From Deltaproteobacteria bacterium (GTDB lineage: Bacteria > Desulfobacterota > Syntrophia > Syntrophales > Smithellaceae), in assembly GCA_012729055.1 (NCBI GenBank), contig JAAYDW010000011.1, positions 4,402 through 68,401 of the forward strand: 64,000 bases of DNA. The letters run 5' to 3'. A model generated the notes under the pieces. The model saw nothing but the letters and a program-made list of their open reading frames with translations, ran no database searches and had not been told where the DNA came from. A program made the translations under genes and the position numbers. Positions 18,043 to 27,787 of this stretch are shown here, piece by piece. Each line of letters opens with the position of its first letter. The stretch's first letter is position 1.

Positions 18043-20591
18043 TGATGAAACGCGACGTTGGCGACATGCTTACGACCCTGATCCGGACTCAGGCCGACCG
18101 GGAAGCGCGGGAAACAACGGCCGGCGCATTCGAGGAACTGGCGACGCTCGGCGCGGCGCCGCTTCGGCAGAGCGACCGGCACATCGCCCTCGATCTTTCC
18201 CGGATCCGCGTTTTCCGCAACCTGCATACGTTTGTTTCGCTTCTGGCGGAGGAGGTCATCGAACAGTGCGCCTTCGGCGCCGCCGATATCATGGTGCGCC
18301 GCAAAGTGGATCCCCGCCTGACGCCGGAACTGGCCGCCGCCGGTCTGGACTGGGTGACGATTTATGTGCGGCTCGACGCGGCCGAAGGGCTGCCCTTCAA
18401 TCACCGGAGTTTCGGCTTGCGCCTGCAGATGATTTTCCGGGCGCTCCAGACCGAACGGTGGGGCGGCGCGCTCTTTCCCGGCTACTTCGGCCTGCAATCG
18501 CCCGAGGCCGCGGCGCCGCCCGCTCTGCTGTTCCCGTTTCATCTCCACGACGCTGAGGATCCGGGCGGTCATTACTATCTGGTGGAGCACAGCCGGCCGG
18601 GCCGTTTTCTGCGCATCACCATCGAAGACGCGGACCATTCGCGCCTGCAGCTCAAACACATTCCCCATCGCGTGGTCGATCAGCCGCTCAGACGCTCTTT
18701 TTTTGCCGACATTTTTTCGACGGCCGAAAAAATCCATCAGGGCATATTGCACGACGCCCTGAACCACCGAGCCGAGCATGTGGAAACGGCGGCGCAGCTG
18801 CCGGACTTTTTCGCTTATCTGAAGCAAACCGGCCTGCCCCGCGTGCAGCAAATCCGCTTCACCTGGCCCACCGACGACCGGCAGATGATTTTTCTGGAAA
18901 AAAGCGACGCCGCCGCCCTGAGCGAATCGCTCGGCATGCTGGTCAAAGAGATTCAACTCCTCGAAGACCCGGCCGTTTTGCAGATGCTGGCGCAGGGGCA
19001 GACCGTCGAGATGATTTCCGGAGCGTTTCACATCTACTGCGACGTTTCCCGCTGGGGCGCCTGCCTCAACGTGAGTTTCGACGAAATCCGCGAGAAACAG
19101 GATCTGGCGGATTACCTGGCGCCGATGAAAGCGCTGGAAGCGGCGCTCGCGCGCCGGCCGCGGGCGCTGGCGGGCGTGAGGCTTTTCGTCATCCACCATG
19201 CGACCGCCGAAGTGCTCGGCCTGTTAAAAGCGTTTGCCGACGCCGGCTGCGAAACGCTTGCGACCTTTTTTGTCCAGTACGCGGGCATTGTGCCGGACGC
19301 CTATCTGGAAACTTTGATGAGCCTGCCTCCGGAAACGTTCCGCTTTTACGGCCTCCAGAAAATGGAATCGCGCCTGAAGCTGGGCGGCGCCTACCTGCTG
19401 TCGCGCCAGTTCACGCCGCTTGACGACGATTGTGCCGTCGATCAGGCGCTGGCGGACGAAGCTCCGGATTTCCTGGGCGCCATGCGCCTGGCGGCAGGAC
19501 ACTTTTTTTTGAAGGAAACCGCTTCGGCCCGCCTGGCGAACCGGCAGATGCTCCTGGTGGAAGACGGCGGTTACCTCGCGCCGCTTCTGAACCGCTTCTG
19601 CCTGGAAGGCAAAACCATCGGAGACGTTTTCGCAGCCTTCCGCCTGCCTTTGACCGCGGACGATGGCGCCATGCTGTTTTCGGACTGGCTCGCCCCGGTC
19701 TTTGCCGGTAGCGTAGAACACACGAAAAACGGCTACGATTACGTAAACGAGGTGGTTCAGGCTCTCGGAAAGCTCCGGTTTCCGGCGGCCAGCATCGCCG
19801 TCTCGGATTTAAAAAGAGGCCCGGAGGCGCAAGCCTGCGCCATCTCGATTCTCAACGCCGTAGAAAGTATTCTTCACCGTCTGGGCCTGATCTTTTCCCG
19901 CCGCAACGTCGTCCTTTTGGGCTCGGCCGGCGCCATCGGCGGCTTTCTCAAGGCGGAGCTTAGCCGCCGCCTGGCCGAAGGCAGCCTCTGCGGCGTGGAC
20001 ATCGCCGCCGGAAACGGCGCTGAGGGCGGCATTCGGGAAGTCCGCACCCTCGACGATCTGGAAAGCGGCGTTTTGAGAAACGCCGACATGTTCATCGGCG
20101 TGACCGGCCAATCTCTTTTGCAGCGCAGCCATCTGGAGGAAATTCTCCTTCACGGCCGGCAGCCGGCCGTATTTTTAATCAGCGGCTCGACCAAGACGGT
20201 GGAGTTTGCCGACGCGCAAAATTACCTGCAATCTCTGCGCGACGCTCCGGATGCGCGCGTGGGCGACCGGGCCGCAAGCGTCGACTTCGTACCCTTGCGG
20301 GATTTGCAGACCGGCATCCTGCAAGGGTACGAAGTCCGGCTGCGTTTTACCGATCGTCCCTCCGGCGACAAGATCATCTATCTTTTAGGCGGAGGCATGC
20401 CGCTCAACTTCCTGTACTACGGCATCCCCCGGGAAATCATAGACGAGGTCATGGCCCAGCTCTTTTGCGTGTCCTGCGGCCTGGTCCGGCGCCGGCGCGC
20501 AGGCGATCCGCTGCCGCCTGCGCTCCTGGCGGTGGACCGCGAAATCGATTCCGACGCCGATTGGCTCGTCGGCGAAGGAAAAATTTTCTAA
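18042..20591 (+). CDS. Uncharacterised ~849-aa protein with C-terminal adenosylhomocysteinase (AhcY)-like NAD-binding fold
   Basis: Motifs colinear with AhcY: HHAT, VEDGGY, VEHTKNG, SDLK, GSAGAIG, DMFIGVTG, IYLLGGGMPLNF. Start overlaps the ADH stop (TAATG). Confidence 0.6.
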   Translation: MMKRDVGDMLTTLIRTQADREARETTAGAFEELATLGAAPLRQSDRHIALDLSRIRVFRNLHTFVSLLAEEVIEQCAFGAADIMVRRKVDPRLTPELAAAGLDWVTIYVRLDAAEGLPFNHRSFGLRLQMIFRALQTERWGGALFPGYFGLQSPEAAAPPALLFPFHLHDAEDPGGHYYLVEHSRPGRFLRITIEDADHSRLQLKHIPHRVVDQPLRRSFFADIFSTAEKIHQGILHDALNHRAEHVETAAQLPDFFAYLKQTGLPRVQQIRFTWPTDDRQMIFLEKSDAAALSESLGMLVKEIQLLEDPAVLQMLAQGQTVEMISGAFHIYCDVSRWGACLNVSFDEIREKQDLADYLAPMKALEAALARRPRALAGVRLFVIHHATAEVLGLLKAFADAGCETLATFFVQYAGIVPDAYLETLMSLPPETFRFYGLQKMESRLKLGGAYLLSRQFTPLDDDCAVDQALADEAPDFLGAMRLAAGHFFLKETASARLANRQMLLVEDGGYLAPLLNRFCLEGKTIGDVFAAFRLPLTADDGAMLFSDWLAPVFAGSVEHTKNGYDYVNEVVQALGKLRFPAASIAVSDLKRGPEAQACAISILNAVESILHRLGLIFSRRNVVLLGSAGAIGGFLKAELSRRLAEGSLCGVDIAAGNGAEGGIREVRTLDDLESGVLRNADMFIGVTGQSLLQRSHLEEILLHGRQPAVFLISGSTKTVEFADAQNYLQSLRDAPDARVGDRAASVDFVPLRDLQTGILQGYEVRLRFTDRPSGDKIIYLLGGGMPLNFLYYGIPREIIDEVMAQLFCVSCGLVRRRRAGDPLPPALLAVDREIDSDADWLVGEGKIF

Positions 20592-20796
20592 GATCCGGCG
20601 CATGCGCCTCCCGGATGCGCCGCGGACGAAAAAATACCGAACCTGACTCCCGAAAAAAGGAATTTGTTGTACACGCGATACGACTGTGTGGTACAATTGC
20701 TCCGGCAAAAAAAGACGCCGGGCTTTCGCTCCGGGCCGCTTCACCCCGTCCCGGACGACTTTTGCGCCGTTCAAAAAAAGAAGAAGGAAATCTTCC

Positions 20797-21129
20797 ATGA
20801 AAAAGGTTTCGAACGCTTTGTTTTTTGTGCTGGCCGCGGCTGTTTTCGGAACCGGACTGATTGCGGGGTGCGCGATGGCCGAGGAAGACAAGATCACCCA
20901 AAAAGACGGCGTGACCGTGTATACGCCCGGCAGCCGGGCCGGGAAAGCGGTCATAGATGAGGAAAACGCCCGGCCCATGCCCCTGCCTCAAGCCACCATC
21001 AAACCCGGCGACGCCACGGTAAAATCAGCCCCGCCCAAGGGCGAGCCCGGAGTGGCGGCCGGCTCCGAAGGCGACGACGCCAAAGACACAGCGGAAACAG
21101 GAACGACGAAGGTTCAAAAAAAGCAATAG
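20797..21129 (+). CDS. Small exported protein homologous to the signal and propeptide of the downstream protease
   Basis: Signal peptide; TVY...ID..A.PMPLPQA.IKP...G.PG shared with 21291-22454; AAGGA RBS. Confidence 0.75.
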   Translation: MKKVSNALFFVLAAAVFGTGLIAGCAMAEEDKITQKDGVTVYTPGSRAGKAVIDEENARPMPLPQATIKPGDATVKSAPPKGEPGVAAGSEGDDAKDTAETGTTKVQKKQ

Positions 21130-21290
21130 GCTGCTATCCGGAAATCCGGCGCTTATGAAAAACCTGCCGGCTTCTGATTGGGCTTGAATCGGGACACAAG
21201 ATTTGCTAATGATCGCTTCGCTTCGCAGGAACATTGTGCTATGTGTCATATGATTTCCAACCACGTTTTAACCACCAAAGGAGAAAGACC

Positions 21291-22454
21291 ATGAAGAAGA
21301 TTTCCGGAGTATTGAGTTTGGCTCTGTCCGCGGCGCTGTGTCTGATGGGAGGGTTTTCCTCCTATGCGGCCGACGGCGGAAAAGTGTCGCAGATCGGCAA
21401 ATTAACCGTTTATTCCCACGACAGCCAGGCGTCGGGGGATGCCGCCATCGATTATGACCGCGCCCTTCCCATGCCTCTGCCGCAGGCCGCGATCAAACCC
21501 AGCGGCGTCGCCGCTGCGGCGCGGCCCAGCGGAGCTCCGGGATTTCAGCCCGGCTTCCGGGGAAGCGTCATCACCAGCGGAACGGTAACAGATTTATCCG
21601 CGACCGCAGGGCCCAGGGCCGCGCAGAGCTCAGCCCAGCCCATGGAATTCGGACTCACAAATATTCCCTACACCACAAGCCGTGTGGATTGGGGAACGAA
21701 CAACGCCTTTTCCAAGACGTTCCCCTACCGCGCCGCGGGCAAACTGTACTTCAACATCGGGTCGAACACCTACGTATGCAGCGCCTCCCTGATCAAGACC
21801 GGCGTGATCGTGACCGCCGCGCACTGCGTCGCGGACTTCGGCGCGTCGACATTTTATACCAACTGGAAGTATATCCCCGCCCTTTACGGCACCACCAAAC
21901 CTTACGGAACGTGGAGTACGGTGGCCGCTTATGTCATGAGCTCCTATCTTAACGGAACGGATCCCTGCGCCCAGTCCGGCGTGGTCTGCCAAAACGATGT
22001 TGCCGTGCTGGTCGTAAAACCGACTTTCATGGGGTATCCCGGCAAGAAGACCGGCTGGTTCGGATACGGCTGGAACGGCTATGGATTCAATTCCCTCAAT
22101 CAGGCCCTGATTCAACAGTTGGGGTATCCCGTTTCCCACGACAGCGGTCTCAAAATGCAGCGGACCGATTCCCAGGGGTATGTCGACGGCGCCGCGGCAG
22201 GAAACACGGTATGGGGATCGCGGCAGACCGGCGGCTCGAGCGGTGGACCGGAAGTCGTCAATCTGGGCTATGTCGCCAACCTCAACGGCATTTCCGTCGG
22301 GTCCGATGCGAACACCAACGTGGTTGTCGGCGTCACGAGCTGGGGGTACACGGACCAGGTCTACAAAGCCCAGGGGGCAAGCCCCTTTACCTCGAACAAT
22401 ATCGTGCCGCTGGTAAACGCGGCCTGCTCCGCTTATCCGAAAGCCTGCCAGTAA
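21291..22454 (+). CDS. Secreted trypsin-like (S1, V8-like) serine protease
   Basis: CSASLI...VTAAHC, NDVAVL, GYP, GGSSGGP, VGVTSWG; signal peptide; AGGAG RBS. Confidence 0.92.
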   Translation: MKKISGVLSLALSAALCLMGGFSSYAADGGKVSQIGKLTVYSHDSQASGDAAIDYDRALPMPLPQAAIKPSGVAAAARPSGAPGFQPGFRGSVITSGTVTDLSATAGPRAAQSSAQPMEFGLTNIPYTTSRVDWGTNNAFSKTFPYRAAGKLYFNIGSNTYVCSASLIKTGVIVTAAHCVADFGASTFYTNWKYIPALYGTTKPYGTWSTVAAYVMSSYLNGTDPCAQSGVVCQNDVAVLVVKPTFMGYPGKKTGWFGYGWNGYGFNSLNQALIQQLGYPVSHDSGLKMQRTDSQGYVDGAAAGNTVWGSRQTGGSSGGPEVVNLGYVANLNGISVGSDANTNVVVGVTSWGYTDQVYKAQGASPFTSNNIVPLVNAACSAYPKACQ

Positions 22455-22473
22455 CCGCGGCCTTGGGATAGAG

Positions 22474-22498
22474 AGCCGTCGCGCAGGACGGCTTTTTT
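22474..22498 (+). terminator. Rho-independent terminator
   Basis: AGCCGTC-gcgcag-GACGGCT followed by a T run. Confidence 0.7.
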
Positions 22499-22704
22499 CT
22501 CATTTGCAGTTCAAACGGGCGATTGCCAACAAAGGCAATCGCCCGTTTTTGCAGCTGTGGCGCCATCGGCCTGTTTCCCTCGCGGTCGATAAACGGAGGA
22601 ATCGCCTTGATCGAAGCGCCCGGCACATGGCTATTTATCAACACCTGCCCCAAGAGCGGGTTTGCCGCAGGTTTGATAATTTTCTCTTTTCGGCAGTTCC
22701 CTTT

Positions 22705-23571
22705 CTACGGCGCGTCGAGAAAAACCTTTTCTCCCGAGAGGTCATCGAGGAGCAGTTCGTCTTGCGGGTCGATCGCGCGCGCCTGTTCGAGGTACTGCCG
22801 CGAAACCGGTGCAAGCCCCCGGGCCCGGTAGGCCTGGGCCAGGCGGACGTAAACGCCCGGATTCTGCGGCGCGAGCCGTCGGGAACGCTCGAGAAGAGAG
22901 ACGGCCATATCCAGATCCCCGCCCGCGATGGACGGCGTCAGCAGACGGTACGTGCCTATCGCATAGAGCACTTCGGCGGAATCCGGCAGCTGTTTTTGCG
23001 CTTCTTTCAGATAACCGTTCACCTCAAAATAAGCGGGAATGGCGATGACCAGATTTCTATGGGCCAGAACACCCTTCGCGCCGGAAGCCACGAGCAGGCT
23101 CACCGTAAAATGAAAACGGGAGAGTTCCTTTTTCCGGCCGATAAGCCGCCGGGCGCCCGCATAGGAACGCTCAAAATCCTTGCGCAAATAATCCAGGTGA
23201 GCAAGCGTGACGGCGGCCGGATGAAAATCCGGATGCGCGGCAACGAGGCCGGCCAGTACCCGGCGGCTTTCCTCCTGCCGGTGGTCCCACATCAGCATGA
23301 TGCCCTGCAAAAGCTGCATCTCCGGCGTTCCGGACAGAACTTTTGCATAATCGCTTTCCAATTTTTTCAGCTTCGCTTTCTGAAATTCCCGGTAATAAAA
23401 GATGGTGAGCAGGTAAATCTCCTGCGCGGATTTTTCCGGTTTGTTTTCCAGAACGGCGCGCGCGGCGGGCGTCATGGCGAGCGCCGCATCGGCTTGCCCC
23501 TTCCAGTCGGCGGCCCGGGCGGAAGCGCAAAGCAGCGCAGCGGTCAAGATGAGGGTTAGCGCATATTTCAT
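22705..23571 (-). CDS. Exported TPR protein
   Basis: Signal peptide MKYALTLILTAALLCASARA; TPR-like helices (LAPQNPGVYVRLAQAY, AIDPQD). Confidence 0.75.
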   Translation of the reverse strand: MKYALTLILTAALLCASARAADWKGQADAALAMTPAARAVLENKPEKSAQEIYLLTIFYYREFQKAKLKKLESDYAKVLSGTPEMQLLQGIMLMWDHRQEESRRVLAGLVAAHPDFHPAAVTLAHLDYLRKDFERSYAGARRLIGRKKELSRFHFTVSLLVASGAKGVLAHRNLVIAIPAYFEVNGYLKEAQKQLPDSAEVLYAIGTYRLLTPSIAGGDLDMAVSLLERSRRLAPQNPGVYVRLAQAYRARGLAPVSRQYLEQARAIDPQDELLLDDLSGEKVFLDAP

Positions 23572-23705
23572 AAATGTTCGTCTCTCGGAAAAGATATAAG
23601 AAGAATGGCCGTATCTGTCAATGGGAAACGCGCCGCATGCGGGGCGCCCCGCCTTTTGCAAGGTCTGCGACCGGCCGCCGGGTTTCGCAACCGGTAAAAA
23701 TATTT

Positions 23706-23734
23706 TTGACGCACGTGCCGGCGGTGGCTATAAT
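23706..23734 (+). promoter_or_regulatory. Sigma70-like promoter TTGACG-N17-TATAAT
   Basis: Near-consensus boxes upstream of the ferritin-like gene. Confidence 0.65.
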
Positions 23735-23770
23735 GCCTTTTATCTTCATCGCTCATTTTGCAGGAGACTT

Positions 23771-24268
23771 ATGCTGATGTTGCAGGATTACCAAAATAAG
23801 ATTTTAGATCTTCTGGAACAACTCGAATCGGAAATGGGCGCTCTGTACAAATTGTTTGCGGATAAATTCCCCAAGTACCGGGATTTATGGATCACCATGG
23901 CCGCTCAGGAAGCCCAGCACGCCGCCTGGGTCGCCCAATTGCACGCGCTGGCCCGGGACGGAAAAGTTTATTTCGACGAAAAGCTGACCCGAACCTACAC
24001 GGTCAGCAAGGTTCTCGACATCATCAAAGAGGCGCAAAGCAAAACCCGGGAAAACAAAATCACCCTGATCAACGCCCTGTCGATAAGCCGCGATCTCGAG
24101 CAATCCATTCTGGAGCGGGAATTTTACAATTATTTCAGCGGCAAGGATGCTGCAACCGGCAGCCTCATCAGAAAATTCAAAATCGAGACAATCGAGCATC
24201 AAAACCAGTTGAAAGACGCGTGGGAAAAAGAGCGCAAGACCCTCGCCGGCTTTCCGGGCAAAAGATAG
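23771..24268 (+). CDS. Ferritin/rubrerythrin-like protein
   Basis: LE...LY..FA..FP...LW..MA.QEAQH, LE, ETIEH; AGGAG RBS. Confidence 0.75.
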   Translation: MLMLQDYQNKILDLLEQLESEMGALYKLFADKFPKYRDLWITMAAQEAQHAAWVAQLHALARDGKVYFDEKLTRTYTVSKVLDIIKEAQSKTRENKITLINALSISRDLEQSILEREFYNYFSGKDAATGSLIRKFKIETIEHQNQLKDAWEKERKTLAGFPGKR

Positions 24269-24300
24269 CGCTTTCTCCATCCCCTGACCGGCGTTGCGGC

Positions 24301-25398
24301 TCAGAGAAACGAACGTTTGGCGTTGTAGCGTTCCGTGTCGTAGTATTTGCTTAAATCAATCAGGTTCAGCCGTTCGGTGACGGTTTTGAGGGGCACGGAA
24401 GTAATATCGCCCTGCCGCAGGCTGACCATCCGGCCGAAATCCTCGCTTACGATCATGTCCACCGCGGCAATTCCGAACCGGCGCGCCATGAGCCGGTCGC
24501 GGGCCGAGGGCGATCCGCCCCGCTGCAGGTGGCTCAAGATCACGTAACGGGTTTCCCAACCGGTGTGCTCCTCGATCTCCCGGGCGATATAGGACGCGAT
24601 CCCGCCCAGAGAACGGTGCCCGAATTCGTCCACCGCGGCATTCTTGACGAATTCTTTGTGGGCGGTGGTCGTCGCGCCTTCGGAGGCGACGATGATGCTG
24701 TACTGCCCTTCCCGCCCGCGGCGCTCCTCCAGAAGCGAGCAGACTTTTTCCACGGCAAAGGGGTATTCGGGAATCAAAATGATGTAGGCCCCGCTGCATT
24801 CGCCGCCGTGCAGGGCAAGCCAGCCCGCGTGCCGTCCCATGGTTTCCACAACGAAGATCCGGTTGTGGGACCCGGCGGTTGTTCGCAGGCGGTCGATTTC
24901 CTCCATGATGATGTTGACGGCGGAATCGAAACCCAGTGAATAGTCCGTGCCCACCAGGTCTGCGTCGATGGTCTTGGGAATGCCGACCGTTCGAACGCCG
25001 AGATGGTGGAGTTTGGACAGTACCCCCAGCGTATCCTCGCCGCCTACGGCCACAATGACGTCGATGCCGAGCGCCTTGATGTTTTCCAGCACCCGGGCCG
25101 AGGCGTCCTTCTGGGGATTAAACGGATTGGTCCGGGACGTTCCGAGATTGGTTCCTCCATAACGGTCCCAGGTGCGGACGATTTCCTCGTCGAGTTTTTG
25201 CGTATGTCGGGCCAGGCTTTCCGGATTTTCCGGTTCAAGCTCCACCAGCCCCTTCCAGCCGTTACGGATACCCACGACGTCGAACCGCACACGGCGTCTC
25301 TTTTCCAAAAGCGGATCGAGCGCCGACTTGGTCACCCATTTGATCGCGCCGTTGAGGCCCGGGCAATCGCCGCCGCCGGTTAAGACCGCTATTCTCAT
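24301..25398 (-). CDS. pfkA: 6-phosphofructokinase
   Basis: TGGGDCPGLN, GGTNLGTSR, GGEDT, PKTIDAD, ETMGRHAGW, HLQRGG. Confidence 0.95.
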   Translation of the reverse strand: MRIAVLTGGGDCPGLNGAIKWVTKSALDPLLEKRRRVRFDVVGIRNGWKGLVELEPENPESLARHTQKLDEEIVRTWDRYGGTNLGTSRTNPFNPQKDASARVLENIKALGIDVIVAVGGEDTLGVLSKLHHLGVRTVGIPKTIDADLVGTDYSLGFDSAVNIIMEEIDRLRTTAGSHNRIFVVETMGRHAGWLALHGGECSGAYIILIPEYPFAVEKVCSLLEERRGREGQYSIIVASEGATTTAHKEFVKNAAVDEFGHRSLGGIASYIAREIEEHTGWETRYVILSHLQRGGSPSARDRLMARRFGIAAVDMIVSEDFGRMVSLRQGDITSVPLKTVTERLNLIDLSKYYDTERYNAKRSFL

Positions 25399-25648
25399 GG
25401 CTCTGACCTCCTCCCACGTCTTGCCGATGGCTTTGGCAACGGACAAAGCCGTCGCCCTTGCGGGTTTGAGCGGCCACAGGAAAAACAGATTTTCACATTT
25501 CGAGTCAGACGGTTTTCATTTGGAGGAATGCGCCGGTTCTTGAGCAGATTTTGCAGACGGTGGAACGATCTTAAAAAAAACAGGCAGCCTGTCAACCCGT
25601 GCGAAACCAATATTCCACACTTTTCGTCCGAAATCAACCCCGGCCAGG

Positions 25649-25918
25649 TTAGGGGCGCGCTGTACTCCAGCAGTCGCTCCATTCGGCAACGGTGTTCCCT
25701 TCCGAAAGACAGTTATCCACGCAGGCCTGATAAGCCACGGCGCACTGCCGCCGGTCGGCGGAGATGTTGTAGCAGGCCCGCTGCTTGCCTTCGCAGCAGA
25801 CGAGACACTGTTTCACCCGCGGATCTTCCGGCGCGAGGGGTTCGGAAAACGCCGCGGGGATGGAAAACGGCGCCGCCAGACAACAAAAAATCAGAAGAAA
25901 AAATTTGATCTGTTTCAT
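25649..25918 (-). CDS. Small exported cysteine-rich protein
   Basis: Signal peptide, 8 Cys in the mature part, GAGGAG RBS. Confidence 0.65.
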   Translation of the reverse strand: MKQIKFFLLIFCCLAAPFSIPAAFSEPLAPEDPRVKQCLVCCEGKQRACYNISADRRQCAVAYQACVDNCLSEGNTVAEWSDCWSTARP

Positions 25919-26011
25919 TTTCTCCTCCTCTCGGATTCGGCCGGCTGTTTCGTTCACCCGAAAAACGGCCGGTTTCCGGCTGGGCCGGAGAGTCTCCGGC
26001 CCGGCGACAGG

Positions 26012-26851
26012 TTACGAAACGTCTGCTTCTTTAATCATCCGGAAAATTCCGCCGGGATGAAAAAGAAAATATCGCCCGTCCACCCGCCGACAGGTTTCCA
26101 TGATAAAAGCAACGATTTCCCCGCGCAGCGCGGGCTCGATGTCTTCGCTGTGGCACTCGAGCATGAAGGACAAAAGCCGCCGGCCCGCATCATTCTCCCG
26201 AAGGCAGTCCGTCACGTCGAGATCGGACACCAGAAGGTCGTGTGTGTAAGGCAACGCCAGGTCCTCCAGAATATTCCGAATGTCGAGCGTGGAAAACATT
26301 TCCTTCTCGTCGCCCTTCACCCGCCGGAGAAAGGCCTTCTGGATTTCATTGACCCCCAGGGGCGTCTGGTGAAAAATCAGCAGACTTCCGCCCGGCGCCA
26401 GGAGCCGCCAGGCGCTTTCGATCGCCGCCCGGCGGTCGGGAATGTAGTAAAGACAGTGGGTCAGATGGATAATGTCAAAAGGCCCCCGGGCGGTATCCGG
26501 ACCGAAAGCGGCGGGAATGATTTCCAGGGAATCAATGCGAAGGGGGCCGGAATCGTATCGGCCGGAAAAGATGCGGTTGTGTTCCCGGTTCGGATCGAGC
26601 GCCGTATACGCGATGTGCGGAATCTTGGCGGCGAGAATTTGCATGAGGACAAGATCGAAATCCCCCGTGCCGCTCCCGACGCTCATCACACGCACGGAAT
26701 TCCTGTCCGGCGCCGACGGCAGAAAATCGTCTTTCAGCCAGTCCGAAAGCGCCGTCCACTCGGTGGATATTTTTTTAAAGGCGTCAAAGCACTCCGCGTA
26801 TTCCCGGTCATCCAGCGACCGGGCTTTTCGGTCGGACCTTGCGGAATTCAT
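26012..26851 (-). CDS. Class I SAM-dependent methyltransferase (histamine N-methyltransferase-like)
   Basis: VMSVGSGTGDFD, YTALDPN, FDIIHLTHCLYY, LAPGG. Confidence 0.8.
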   Translation of the reverse strand: MNSARSDRKARSLDDREYAECFDAFKKISTEWTALSDWLKDDFLPSAPDRNSVRVMSVGSGTGDFDLVLMQILAAKIPHIAYTALDPNREHNRIFSGRYDSGPLRIDSLEIIPAAFGPDTARGPFDIIHLTHCLYYIPDRRAAIESAWRLLAPGGSLLIFHQTPLGVNEIQKAFLRRVKGDEKEMFSTLDIRNILEDLALPYTHDLLVSDLDVTDCLRENDAGRRLLSFMLECHSEDIEPALRGEIVAFIMETCRRVDGRYFLFHPGGIFRMIKEADVS

Positions 26852-27255
26852 CGGTTGCGGAAAGTCATGGTCAGAATGTTGGTGTTCCCTTCCCGACGGT
26901 AGGCTACGGCATCGGTCATCTTGCGAATGAGAAACACGCCCATGCCGCCGATCTTGCGCTTTGTCAGGTCGGCGTGCACGTCCGGATCGGCCAGCGAAAG
27001 TGGATCGAAGGAAACGCCCCGGTCGTGGATTTCAATGGTCAGCGCCGGGTCGTCCGACACCAGACAGCGGACTTCCACGTCACCCTGGCCGTCTGCGTAG
27101 CCGTGCACGAACACGTTAACCAGCGCCTCTTCGGCGACAAGTTCAATCCGGCCCAGCGCGCTTTCGGAAAATCCTCTTTTTTTCGCTTCGACCCGGATGA
27201 ACGTGAGCAGTTCATGCAGACTCTCCACCCGGGCCGGCATCTGTTTTACCAGCAT
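26848..27255 (-). CDS. Anti-sigma factor Ser/Thr kinase (RsbW-like)
   Basis: EEALVNVFVHGY, DRGVSFDP, GGMGVFLI. Confidence 0.9.
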   Translation of the reverse strand: MLVKQMPARVESLHELLTFIRVEAKKRGFSESALGRIELVAEEALVNVFVHGYADGQGDVEVRCLVSDDPALTIEIHDRGVSFDPLSLADPDVHADLTKRKIGGMGVFLIRKMTDAVAYRREGNTNILTMTFRNR

Positions 27256-27277
27256 AGGCCCTCAGTCCGACGCGGCG

Positions 27278-27613
27278 CTAGCGAACGGCTTCCTGAGCCG
27301 CTCCGAGCGTGTCAAAGGCAGGAATCAGGGCGATGAAACCGGAGATGGTAAAGACGTCCTTGACGTTTTCACGAAGCCTGGCCATGCCCATCTTTCCGTC
27401 GCGCGCCTTCATTTTCTTGGCGGTCGTGAGGAAAACCCGCAATCCGGCGCTGCTGATGTACTCGAGCCCGTCCAGATCGAAAATCAATTTGGTTCCGGGC
27501 TGTTCGAACCACCGGGTGAGCTGTTCCTCGAGTTGCGGAACGGTGACGGCATCCAGCCTTCCCTTGATTGCAATAATGGCTATATCCGACTCATTCGTGA
27601 CGATAATTTCCAT
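27278..27613 (-). CDS. STAS anti-anti-sigma factor (RsbV-like)
   Basis: GRLDA, LEYISSAGLRVFL, VKDVFTISGF. Confidence 0.92.
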   Translation of the reverse strand: MEIIVTNESDIAIIAIKGRLDAVTVPQLEEQLTRWFEQPGTKLIFDLDGLEYISSAGLRVFLTTAKKMKARDGKMGMARLRENVKDVFTISGFIALIPAFDTLGAAQEAVR

Positions 27614-27666
27614 GCCTGTGCTCCTTTTTTTATGGCTCGAATCTGTAATTTCATTCGGACGCGCAG

Positions 27667-27695
27667 AGTATAGAAAGAACGAAAACGCCTGTCAA
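27667..27695 (-). promoter_or_regulatory. Sigma70-like promoter TTGACA-N17-TATACT for the STAS operon
   Basis: Reverse complement of AGTATA (27667-27672) ... TGTCAA (27690-27695). Confidence 0.65.
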
Positions 27696-27787
27696 TAAGT
27701 AATTAAAGAACCCTACTTAAAACTTTTGTTTTGAGGGGAGTTTATGCTATAGGAAAGCATCATTTTTCGTCAGGAGAAAGCTAACTC

